A stretch of 64,000 bases of DNA, taken from positions 32,611,360-32,675,359 of the forward strand of contig NC_043019.1 in NCBI RefSeq assembly GCF_006345805.1, read 5' to 3'. The notes under the pieces were generated by a model. It had not been told where the DNA came from, ran no database searches, and worked only from the letters and a program-made list of their open reading frames with translations. Both the position numbers and the translations under genes were made by a program. Within the stretch, counting starts at the first letter, position 1. Every line of letters begins with the position of its first letter. Positions 43,571-55,569 of the stretch are shown piece after piece. Origin of the DNA: Octopus sinensis (lineage: Eukaryota).

Positions 43571-43779
43571 TTGGTAAAACCGGTAAGATAACAAAAGAAA
43601 GAAAGAGACCTCATATTATGTAAATAGAGGAAATTTATCTATAAAATAATATGTTACATTACTCGATAGTCGATATCTTGACTATCGAGTAATGTAACCA
43701 TATTATTGTATAGATAAATTTCCTCTATTTACATAATATTGAGGTCTCTTCTTCTTTTGTTATCTTACCGTTTTAACAA
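43571..43779. repeat. Long near-perfect palindrome (about 103-bp arms) between (TA)n tracts
   Basis: Left arm ttggtaaaaccggtaagataacaaaag...ttactcgatagtcga is the reverse complement of right arm tgactatcgagtaa...cttttgttatcttaccgttttaacaa, apart from a few mismatches. Confidence 0.9.
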
Positions 43780-43886
43780 TATATATATATATATGAGTAT
43801 GTCCATGCAGATATATATTGGAGCCTGGTGCAGCCATCTGGCTCACCAGTCCTCACTCAAACCGTCCAGCCCATGCCAGAATGTTT

Positions 43887-43927
<41 letters not shown>

Positions 43928-45061
43928 TTGTGTTACATGGTAGCTTTTGTCATTGATGAAAGAATTTCTTTTATCTCTTCCTTTCAAGCTATGTCCTTTC
44001 GAAGCTAAGTATAACACAGTCCCAAAACTGTACAACTCCCAGGCACATCACCACCACACTGGAAAGCAGCGTGTCACTACAGACTTCTTTTCAAACTGAC
44101 TTAAAATCGTCGTGGTACCATGGTCCTCTCCACAGATTTACCTTACGTAACTGGTAGGTGGTTTATCTCTGTTACCTTTTAATATTCTTGAAAGCAAGGT
44201 GGCTAGCTGGCAGAAACATTAGCATGCCAGGCGAAATACTTTGCGGTGTCTTATGTCTTTACGTTCTGAGTTCAAATTCCGCTGAGGTCAACTTTGCCTT
44301 TCATCCTTTCAGGGTCAATAAATCATGTACCAGTTGTGTACTGGGGTCAATCTAATCGACTGACCCCTCCCCCAAAATTTGCCCTTTAATCGGGCAAATC
44401 GACCCCAGGACTTATTCTTCTGTAAGCCTAGTACTTATTCTATCGGTCTCTTTTGCCGAACCTCTAAGTCACTGGGTCATAAATACACCAGCATTGGTTG
44501 TCAAGCGATGTTAGGGGGACAAACACAGACATACAAACATATACACACACACACTTACATATACATATATACAATGGGCTTCTTTCAGTTTCCATCTACT
44601 AAATCCACTCACAAGGCTTTGGTCGGCCCGAGGCTATAGTAGAAGACACTTGCCCAAGGTGTCATGCAGCGGTGGTGGTGGTTGTAGTCATCGTCGTCAT
44701 GGTGGTGATTATGATGATAACAATGATGATGACAACGGTGGCGGCAGCGGTGATGATGATGATAACGACAACGACAACAACAATGATGATGATGATGATA
44801 ATGATGATGATGATGATGATGATGATGGGGATGATGATGATGATGATGATGAGGAGGAGGAGGAGGAGGGGGAGGACGATGACGACAACTGTTGTTGATG
44901 TGATGTTTTCAACTAACCCTCCCCGCCACCGTCGAAAGTGCTGGCCTTGTGCCAAAATTTGGAAACTGATATTTAAATTCATATGTCTTCGATTAAAAAA
45001 CTGAACTTCTTTATTCTTTCTTCTTTTTTTCTTTTCTTCTTTATTTTGCTGTCTTCTGTAG

Positions 45062-45090
45062 ATATTCCAAATATAACAGCAGAAAATATC
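45062..45090 (+). CDS. RGS22: RGS22-like gene, 29-nt coding microexon ((D)IPNITAENI), phase 1 to phase 0
   Basis: A long pyrimidine tract ends in ctgtag at 45061 and a perfect gtaagt donor starts at 45091. The peptide resembles EPPTITEEEF near the human RGS22 N-terminus (recalled). It splices in frame to 48945. Confidence 0.8.
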
Positions 45091-45390
45091 GTAAGTAAAA
45101 GATTATCAGATTATCAGATTGCTTAATCTTCGTTTTACAAACTTCTTTTGCTTATCTAAAACTTTGAATAACAGCAACAGTTTATCATTCTTTCGCTCAC
45201 TTGGAGATGAAAAGGCAATGGATCCAATACCTGTGTATAACTGGGTTTTAAAACAGTATGATTGCACACTGATTGATTGATTGATTGATTTGATTGATTG
45301 ACTGATACTTAGATTGGCAGTATATGTATACTACCTTCCATTATATATTATATATATGCATGTATATGTATGTATATATGCATATACATA

Positions 45391-45423
<33 letters not shown>

Positions 45424-45489
45424 CATTACATTATATCATATATAATAGATCATATTATATATATAAAGAACTCTATATAACATATATAC

Positions 45490-45531
<42 letters not shown>

Positions 45532-45826
45532 ATATATAATATATATATATATATACAGATAGATAGCTAGATATACATACATTATATACACACACATACC
45601 ACACAGACAAACACACACACACACACACACACATTTATTGGTTGTGGCAGTGTGGTATGAAGCTTGCTGGTGTGTTTTAGATTCCTGTCACTTAGCGATT
45701 CGGCAAAGAGACCGATAGAATAAGTACTAGGCTTACAAAGAATAAGTCCTGGGGTTGATTGCTCAACTAAAGCAGTGCTCCAGCATGGTTGCAGTCAAAG
45801 ACTGAAACAAGTAAAAGAATAAAAGA

Positions 45827-45889
<63 letters not shown>

Positions 45890-45904
45890 ATTATATATAT
45901 ATGA

Positions 45905-46096
45905 ACATGCCGGAATTGAAGACCTATTTTGTATATCTACACCTACTTCTGAAGTGATCTGACTTTCAAATGATTTTAAATTTAAATAATTAATTTTCTG
46001 AGGGTCTGAATTGAAGCAGCTGTAAGGAATGTTTATCAATTTTTTAATTAATTAATAATAATTTATTATGGCCCGTTGCCGGGTCATAGTGCTAGT
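45905..46096. mobile_element. Helitron/Helentron-like fragment with terminal hairpin; related terminus at about 20103-20143
   Basis: Hairpin tatggcccg-ttgc-cgggtcata (46067-46088) followed by gtgCTAGT. Confidence 0.35.
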
Positions 46097-47166
46097 GCAT
46101 GTATATATGTGTATATATATGTGTACATATTACATGTACATCTATATATATACATCTACACATAAAATATAAAATACAAAGTTATATCTTGATATCGCTA
46201 CTGATAACAATACTCAAAATATGTAACAGACTGGAATTGTAAGCCCGTCTCTTGCAATTTCGATCAATTGTATCTTGTCCTCCCTCTTGTATAGAAGTGT
46301 GGCTACAATCCAGCCTACATCTACTGCTGGTGGGGTGGGGGACATTTTAAATTTTTATCCGGGACGTCCTACATCCCAGATATAAAGGTTGAAAATAAAA
46401 TATTTCCACTTAGCAAGTTCGAGTCGAGTACTCCCTTGCACGCTCTGTTGACTCGAACCTTGCTTCTATTGTGGCGAATTTACCGCCTCTGGTTAGATAT
46501 CTTTCATAGTCGCACCAAGACACTTTTCGATGGTGCTTTCCTCAGGTGTTCAAATCTTTTTCTCTATATTGTTATACTTTATAGACAATAGTCTTTCTTT
46601 ATTTAATTTTTTATTATCCATCTGGATGCTAATTTTATTTTAATTTATTCCCATTCATGTGAAACCACATATTCAAGTTCAGTCATTGATGCAATTTTAT
46701 ACCAATTGCTATTTTTACTTTGTTATGTTACAATTACATTATACTTTAGTTTGATTTTAATTATTACTTACTACATATAATCAATTTTATTATTATCTCT
46801 AATTTTTTTGTTAAAGTGAATGTATCTGACATAAAATAGAGAAATGTTTTTGTTTCACTTTTAACACGTAATACTGAAATAGTGGAGAAGAGATGATATT
46901 GCTATGGCTCGCTCTAGGCAAGAAGTTGAACATTTTTTTTGCCCATGAAACTACATTGACCTAAGTAAGGCATTGTAAAATTTGAATGAAATTGGTTGTG
47001 TAGTTCTCAAGTTTTAGGGAAACACACAGACAGACAGACACACATTCTCAGTTTTATATATATAGAGATATATACACACACTCACATGCACATACTCATA
47101 TATATATGTATCTATAAGTGTATGTGTGTATATTTATATATACACACACGCATATATATATATATA

Positions 47167-48414
47167 TCATCATCATCATCATCATCGTTTAGCATCCGTT
47201 TTCCATGCTAGCATGGGTTGGATGGGTCCAATGGGGTCTGTGAAGCCAGAAGGCTTCATCAGGCTAGTCAGATTGGCAGTGTTTCTACGGTGGATGCCCT
47301 TCCTAATGCCAACCACTCCGTGAGTGTAGTGGGTGCTTTTTACGTGCCACCCGCACAGATGCCAGACAGAGCTGGCAAACAGCCACGAACGGATGGCGCT
47401 TTTTATGTGCCACCGGCACGGGGGCCAGGCGAGGCTGGCAACGGACACGAACGGATGGTGCTTTTTACGTGCCACCGGCACGAGGCCAGTCGGGGCGGTG
47501 CTGGCAACGGTCACAAATGGATGGTTCTCTTACATGCCACCGGCACTGGTAACACATCTGCAATTTCCACTGATGTTGATCGACATCAATTTTGGTTCTG
47601 CTTTCTGATTTGATTTGGTTTGATTTTGATTTTGACTGTTCTCACTGGTCTTGCCGGGTCTTCTCACGCACAGCATACTTCCATAGGTCTCGGTGTTTCG
47701 TCATTTCCTTGGTGAGACCTAAAGTTCGAAGGTTGTGCCTCACCACCTCGTCCCAGGTTTTCCTAGGTCTACCTCTTCCACAGGTCCCCTCAACTGCCAG
47801 GGTGTGGCACTTTCGCACACAACTATCTTCAGCCATTCTCATCACATGACCATACCAGCGCAAACGTCTCTCTTGCACACAACAACTGATGCTTCTTAGG
47901 TCCAACTTTTCTCTCAAGGTACTTACACTCTGCCAAGTATGAGTACTGACATTACACATCCATCAGAGCATACTGGCTTCATTTCTTGCGAGCTTATGCA
48001 TATCCTCAGCAGTCACGGCCCATGTTTCACTGCCATGTAGCATGGCTGTTTGTACACACGCATCATACAGTCTGCCTTTTACTCTGTGCGAGAGGCCTTT
48101 TGTCACCAGCAGAGGTAAGAGCTCTCTGAACTTTGCCCAAGCTATTCTTACTCTAGCAGTTGCACTTTCAGCACACCCGCCCCCGCTGCTGACTTGGTCA
48201 CCTAGGTAACGGAAACTATCAACTATTTCTAGTTTTTCTCCCTGGAAAGTGACGGAAGATGGTCTCAGAGCATTTTCAGTGTTTATTGTTCCTGAGCATC
48301 TGCCACATACAAAAAACATCTTCCTAGTTAGCCTTCCTTTGACATTGCTGCACCTCTTATGTGTCTATAGCTTACACTTGGTGCATCTTATAGAGTTTCT
48401 ACCTACACCTTTTC
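47167..48414 (-). mobile_element. 5'-truncated RTE-clade LINE: RT C-terminal region, 3' UTR with internal tandem motif, (GAT)n tail
   Basis: ORFs 47963..48319 and 47642..47959 are in one frame split by a TGA. Motifs include YLGDQVSSGGG, AWAKFRELLPLL, MLHGSETW, RRLRWYGHVMRM and GRGRPRKTW. An upstream C-x2-C ... C-x2-C segment starts at GVGRNSIRCTKC. Confidence 0.88.
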
Positions 48415-48481
48415 TATATATATATATGTACATATATATATAGAGATAGATAAATAGATAGATAGATAGATAGATAGATAG

Positions 48482-48555
<74 letters not shown>

Positions 48556-48944
48556 GTTTCTTTATTGGCCACACAGGGCTGCACACAGATGTGACAAGTT
48601 ACAAGCTAGAGCTTTTCTTTTGGGGGATGACAAAAACAAAAAACAAAAAACAAAAGAACCAAAAAAAAAAAAGTGGCATAGGTTTTCAATCAAAAGGGAT
48701 CGTAAAAGGGAAAAAAAGAACAAAAAGTAAAAAAAAAAAGAGAGACAGACAGAGACACATAGCCAGAGAGGCAGGTAGACAATCAGATACATGAGTAAGT
48801 AGATAGACAGATGACAAAGAAGACAACAAAGACGGAAAATAGAAGGTGGTGGTGGTGGTGGTGGTGGAGGTGGCGGCGGCGGCGGTGGTGGTGGTGGTGA
48901 TGATGATGCTGATGATACTAACAGTTATTCGTATATCACTACAG

Positions 48945-49007
48945 GATCGTTACCTGCAATTGGATCCTTTATTTACTGAATACTTCAATGCATTCTTGTC
49001 CACGGAG
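48945..49007 (+). CDS. RGS22: RGS22-like exon, 63 nt (DRYLQLDPLFTEYFNAFLSTE), phase 0-0
   Basis: Acceptor cactacag and donor GAG|gtaagt. The 21-aa peptide aligns ungapped to the recalled human EDSLATDDFLVDYFNEFLSLP. Too short for the ORF track. Confidence 0.88.
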
Positions 49008-49199
49008 GTAAGTATGTAAACCGTTCTTTTATATCTGTGATGTCATTAAGCAAGAGGTGGGACGGAAGTGCATATATGCATGTATATACACATATAAATG
49101 TAGGTATGTACATATATGTATGTATATATGCATGTATTTATATATTATTTATATTATTATATGATCGAATGCCACGAATCCTTTTCCAAGTAAGTTTTG

Positions 49200-49236
<37 letters not shown>

Positions 49237-49259
49237 ATATCTATCTATCTACGTATCTA

Positions 49260-49306
<47 letters not shown>

Positions 49307-49332
49307 TATCTATCTATCTACGTATCTATATC

Positions 49333-49363
<31 letters not shown>

Positions 49364-49387
49364 CTATCTCCTATCTCTCTATCTATC

Positions 49388-49425
<38 letters not shown>

Positions 49426-49474
49426 ATCTCGCTATCTATATCTATCTATTCATCTATCTATCTATCTGTCTATC

Positions 49475-49506
<32 letters not shown>

Positions 49507-49517
49507 ATAATATAATA

Positions 49518-49552
<35 letters not shown>

Positions 49553-49730
49553 CTATATATATATATATTATATATATATATATATATTATTATATATATA
49601 TCAAATATTTATATTGTGAAATTTGATTTAATACTAACTGAAATTTTTTCCCTGTAAGTTTTGGAGTTATACTCCTTAATATTATTATTAATATTATCAT
49701 ATATATTTTTTTTATTTATATATATATGTG

Positions 49731-49771
<41 letters not shown>

Positions 49772-49781
49772 TCATGACCAG

Positions 49782-50045
49782 ATTTTCTTGAACCCAATAC
49801 ATTTCAAACCAGAATTAGACTGCTTTGAAATATTAGACACCAATACCAATACGGAGAAGAAATCTGAAAATGGAACTGATTCTGAGAGTCAAGAAAGTGG
49901 TGAAGAGCGAAAATGTGGCCCTGACCCCAACAGCATATATATAAACGTCTGCAAGAACAGTTATTCAGCCATTCCACTTATAAGTGTCAGAAAGGAGAAG
50001 AACCCGAAAACAAAAAAAGCGAAAACTCCAAGCCCAGTATATGAG
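49782..50045 (+). CDS. RGS22: RGS22-like exon, 264 nt (IFLNPIHFKPELDCFEILD...TPSPVYE), phase 0-0
   Basis: Lies within ORF 49728..50054. Acceptor gaccag, donor GAG|gtgaga. The start resembles the recalled TFSEAIRFNADYGVFEV. Phases match both neighbouring exons. Confidence 0.8.
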
Positions 50046-50111
50046 GTGAGATAAAAATAAGGAAAAGAAAAAGGAAGTTTTTTTTTTATATATTTTATAT
50101 ATGAAGAATGT

Positions 50112-50494
50112 GGAGGCGCAATGGCCCAGTGGTTAGGGCAGCGGACTCGCGGTCATAGGATCGCGGTTTCGATTCCCAGACCGGGCGTTGTGAGTGTTTA
50201 TTGAGCGAAAACACCTAAAAGCTCCACGAGGCTCCGGCAGGGGATGGTGGTGATCCCTGCTGTACTCTTTCACCACAACTTTCTCTCACTCTTACTTCCT
50301 GTTTCTGTTGTACCTGTATTTCAAGGGGCCGGCCTTGTCACTCTCTGTGTCACGCTGAATATTCCCAAGAACTACGTTAAGAGTGCACGTGTCTGTGGAG
50401 TGCTCAGCCACTTACACATTAATTTCACAAGCAGGCTGTTCCGTTGATTCGGATCAACCGGAACCCTCATCGTCGTAACCGATGAAGTGCTTCC
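50112..50494 (+). mobile_element. tRNA-headed SINE family C, full length with 13-bp TSD (related copies about 32050-32340 -, 56500-56780 -, 61604-61920 +, 11000-11360 -)
   Basis: A box tggcccagtgg, B box ggtttcgattccc; atatgaagaatgt duplicated at 50099-50111 and 50495-50507. Confidence 0.88.
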
Positions 50495-51029
50495 ATATGA
50501 AGAATGTTTTACGATTTTTTTTTTTTTCATTTATAATACAGGGTGTAGCAGAAGTAACGCCCTTTTTGCATTTAATAACCCGTAACGTGATTATTAGGGG
50601 AGGGGTCAAGGTAAGGGGGCATGTGTCCCAGGCTCTGACTGAAGTGGGGAGCGCAGAATTGACCTTAATATGATAAGTTTGAACTCCATTTAAAAAATTG
50701 CAATTGTAAATATGGACCTCCAGCATATCGTTTTATGCTGTTATTGAAGGTGCAATATGATGGCTGTCTACATTCATACTCTTTACTCTTTTACTCTTTT
50801 ACTTGTTTCAGTCATTTGACTGCGGCCATGCTGGAGCACCGCCTTTTAATCGAGCAACTCGACCCCGGGACTTATTCTTTGTAAGCCCAGTACTCATTCT
50901 ATCGGTCTCTTTTGCTGAACCGCTAAGTGACGGGGACGTAAACACACCAGCATCGGTTGTCAAGCGATATTGGGGGGACAAACACAGACACATACATGTA
51001 CCATCATATATATATATGTGTGTATATAT

Positions 51030-51069
<40 letters not shown>

Positions 51070-51698
51070 TATATATATATACATATATACAATGTGTACG
51101 ACAGGCTTCTTTCTTTCAATTTCCGTCTACCAAATCCACTCACAAGGCTGTGGGTCGGCTCGAGGCTATAGTAGAAGACACATGCCCAAGGTGCCACACA
51201 GTGGGACTCAACCCGGGGCCATGTGGTTGGTAAGCAAGCTACTTACCACACACCCACTCCTGCACCTATATATATACTCTCTCTTTTTCTCTTTTGCTTG
51301 TTTCAGTCATTTGACTGCAGCCATGCTGGAGCACCGCCTTTAGTCGAGCAAATCGACCCCGGGACTTATTCTTTGTAAGCCCAGTACTTATTCTATCGGT
51401 CTCTTTTGCCGAACTGCTAAGTTACGGGGACGTAAACACACCAGCATCGGTTGTCAAGCAATGCTAGGTGGACAAACACACACACATATACACATATATA
51501 TATATATGCATATATACGACAGGCTTCTTTCAGTTTCCGTCACCAAATTCACTCACAAGGCATTGGTCGCCCGGGGCTATAGCAGAAGACACTTGCCCAA
51601 GATGCCATGCAGTGGGACTGAACCCGGAACCATGTGGTTGGTAGAGCTCAAGCTACTTACCACACACAGCCACTCCTGTGCCTTATATATATATATAC

Positions 51699-51882
<184 letters not shown>

Positions 51883-52220
51883 CATACACATATATATATA
51901 TATATAATATATATATATAATAGAAAAAAGCAACAAGAATGGATTAAAACTCGGTACGATCGTTTCGTACGAGGACATCTTTAATAAGCTACAAAAAATG
52001 CAGTGTATATATAGATATATACATATATATACAACACACACACATATATATATATTTGTATATATATATATATGTGCATATATATATATACAACACACAC
52101 ATATATATATATATGTATATATATATATATGTGCATATATATATATATATATACACACATATATATATATATATACACACACATATACATATATATATAT
52201 ACATACATATAAATATATAT

Positions 52221-52306
<86 letters not shown>

Positions 52307-52804
52307 ACACATATACACATATACAAAACACATTTTATTTGTGTATTAAGACTACCATTGGTTTTATGTTAGGGAAGCTCTTAATTTTAATCTAAAATGG
52401 AAATGAACATCCAATGTGCCATATTACAGACTTGATAATTGTTAAGGACTTCCTTAACATGAAACCAATGGTAGCCTTAATACACAAATAAAGAATCTTT
52501 ATCCAGCAACTCAGTGTTGAGCACTCATTCTCATTGTTTGATATTTTCCAGCATGACTGCAGCTTTAAGGCTGAAACAATTTAAAGAATTTTTATATATA
52601 TATATATACATACATTTTTTCTCTCCTTGTTTTTTTCTCTGTCCTTTTCTGTAGAAGAGCGTAGGCTGGAAACGTAAAAGACTTTTTCTGTTCCTGAGCG
52701 TTATACTAATACATCTGTTTGTTTTGTACGCCACCTGTCTTCGTCTGTTGCTTTTTCGTAAACTCTCTGGAGTTTACAAGTAAAAACATTTCTGTGTTTA
52801 CTCC

Positions 52805-52849
<45 letters not shown>

Positions 52850-53019
52850 AGATAGGGGTTGTAAATTCAACCCTCCATGGGATAACATATATCCAATCTT
52901 AATGCTCTTGTGTAGTGTTTTAATAAAGTATATGATTCGGTATTATCTGATAGTTGATGAATGATTTAGATATATTTCTCCATTTTCTTATTTTGTATTA
53001 TATATATATATATATATAC

Positions 53020-55345
53020 ACAAATCAAAAAACATTCAACAGGCAGTAAAAGAACAAGAAAGTGAGTACATAAAATTATTACATCCAAAAGACCTAAAAC
53101 TTAGACCTATTATAGCTGGTCCAGCATGCCCTACACACCGTCTAAGCAATTTTATTGACATTGTTTTGAAACCACTATGTACTTACATACCAAGTTTCAT
53201 CAGGGATGACATCGACTTCCTGTCCCATCTTCCCAAAACAACAGAAACAAATTCAGTTTTACTAAGTTTTGATGTGGTAAGCCTCTACACCAATATTCCA
53301 CACGATTTAGGAATAAAGGCGATTAAATACTGGTTAGAAAAACATAGAGAAGTGATTCCCAGCAGATTCACAGTGCCATTTATATTAGACACAGTCAAGC
53401 TTATTCTAGAAATAACACATTCTTCTTCAATGGAAAGAATTACATCATCAATTAGAGGCACGGCGATGGGAACGAGGTTTGCTCCCGTTTACGCCAACTC
53501 TGTAATGGGATACTTAGAAGAAACAACTCTACCAAGAGGTGGAGGTAAACTATGGCACTGGGTTTAGAAAGTATATTGAAAAGGCATGGAAGAGATACCT
53601 AGACGACTGTTTCATAATCTGGACAGAATCTCTAAATACTCTGGAAGAGTTCAATCCTCCTGAACAACCTACACCCATCTCTCCAATTTACAAAGGAGAG
53701 GAGTAGTACCAAATTACCATTCCTGGATATAATGGTAATTAAAAAAGACACCACCATCACCACAGATATATACTATAAACACACAGACACACATCAATAC
53801 CTAAATTTTAAGTCGTGCCATCCACCACATACAAACGTAACATCCCATACTGCCTAGCCAGAAGAATTTGTACTATTGTAGAAGATGCAAATATCAGGAA
53901 CAAACGCCTAATAGAACTAAGAGAATTTTTGCTCAAACAAAAATACCCATCTCTACTTATAGAAAATGGCATACAGCGGGCTATAAAAATACCTATACAA
54001 CAACTTAGGACAACCCAAGGAAGAGGAAAACAAGAAGAACAAGTCATACCATTCATAGTGACACACAACCCTGTCACCAGAATATCTTCAACATTGCCAA
54101 AGCAAACCTACCAATCATTGCCCAAAGTAATGAATTAAAAGACATAATCACGGATCGAGCTATGGTGCTTAGTAAAAGACAGCCTAAAAACTTGAAAACA
54201 TTACTAACAAAGGCAAAATTTGACCTCAGCAACAAAGACCAACATTCACGGTATCTAAATGCAATGATAGCCGATGTGGCACATGCCAATTCATACATAC
54301 CGGTCAATATATAAACACAAAAACCGGAAAATATTCACAAACGCGAATATGAACTGCAAAAGCAGAAATTTAATTTACTGCATCAAATGCCCAAATTGTG
54401 AAGAAAATATATGTAGGTCAGACGGGAAACGCACTATTAGAACGCTCACGTGTACACCGGCAACAGATTAGAGACCCAGAGGTCCGTCAGATACCTTTGA
54501 GTACCACCTAGCAACATGTGGTCGGAAAATATATATAATATTTCCATTCTACAAATTACACAGCCCAAGTGAAATCGAGAGGAAAATCAGAGAAAAGAAT
54601 TTTATTGATAAATTCGAACCCAAGCTAAATAAGCAATAATAATAATAATACTTAGAGGTATTACTTCCACTGCTACGACCATGACCACTAACAACAACAA
54701 CAATACTAAAGGTGATCAAGACGAAGATAGCAGGAAAATTATCTTATTTAGGGTTAAAAGTTCTATTGCCACCACCATCACCACTAGCAACAATAATTAA
54801 GGTGCTGACAATGATGATGATGACAATTGAAATATAAAAATATAAAAATCTCTGACAAAGGATATTTACAACATTTCTAAAAATAACCAACAATTGCTGC
54901 TTCGGCCAGGGTCAAGATACAGGACTCTTGACATGTCCAACAAAGCGTGATGCCTAAACCAATCAGCTCAACCAACCAATCAGCTTAAGTAATTGAGTGA
55001 TACTACACACTGATTGGTCAGAATACAGTTTGCAAAACCTAGCACTCTGGAGCCTACCCAGCTGTATTTATAGCACAGAATCAATCATCTTGCTACAGTC
55101 AAAAATTGTGAAGCATGACTGTCAACACTACTACATGAACCCGAAGATTGCAGAATTCAATGCATGAAAGTACTAGTTCAATCAGAATGAATATTTAACA
55201 TTCTACTATTTCATTTTATTTTATTCAATTATAATATATTATCTTATAATATATCATTATAAGATTGTAAATAAAACGTGAAAATCAGACAAGGTTGGAA
55301 TTCTTTTATTAATATATTCTTCTATACACAATCACACACCCCATA
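53020..55345 (+). mobile_element. 5'-truncated, frameshifted Penelope-like retroelement (RT + GIY-YIG endonuclease) with 3' UTR, in an RGS22 intron
   Basis: Motifs in order across shifted frames: LRPIIAG, LLSFDVVSLYTNIP, GTAMGTRFAPVYAN, WKRYLDDCFIIW, LPFLDIMV, YYKHTDTHQYL, NLIYCIKCPNC..VGQTG, and stop after EPKLNKQ at 54637-54639. Both ends abut (TA)n. Confidence 0.9.
55136..55180 (+). ncRNA. Minimal type I hammerhead-ribozyme-like motif in the Penelope 3' UTR (variant core, activity unproven)
   Basis: Stem I UGAAC/GUUCA; core CCGAAGA; stem II (U)UGCA-loop-UGCA(U); GAA; palindromic stem III AGUACU; putative cleavage after A55175. Confidence 0.6.
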
Positions 55346-55569
55346 TATATATATTCTATATATATATATATACATACACATATATATATATATACATTAT
55401 ACATATATACATATATATATATATAATATATATTATAATATATATTATATTATATATATAATATATATAATACATATATACTATATATATATATTCATGT
55501 ATACAGTATGATAATAAGTCACAGAGTTGGGTTTTTTCTTTCTAAAACTGCTAATGTGTTTCTTGACAG

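Noticed and set aside
50112-50185. tRNA-like sequences with A and B boxes (also heads of SINE A and B)
   Set aside because: They run directly into SINE bodies, lack a proper cloverleaf with acceptor stem, and the best copy has a TSD.
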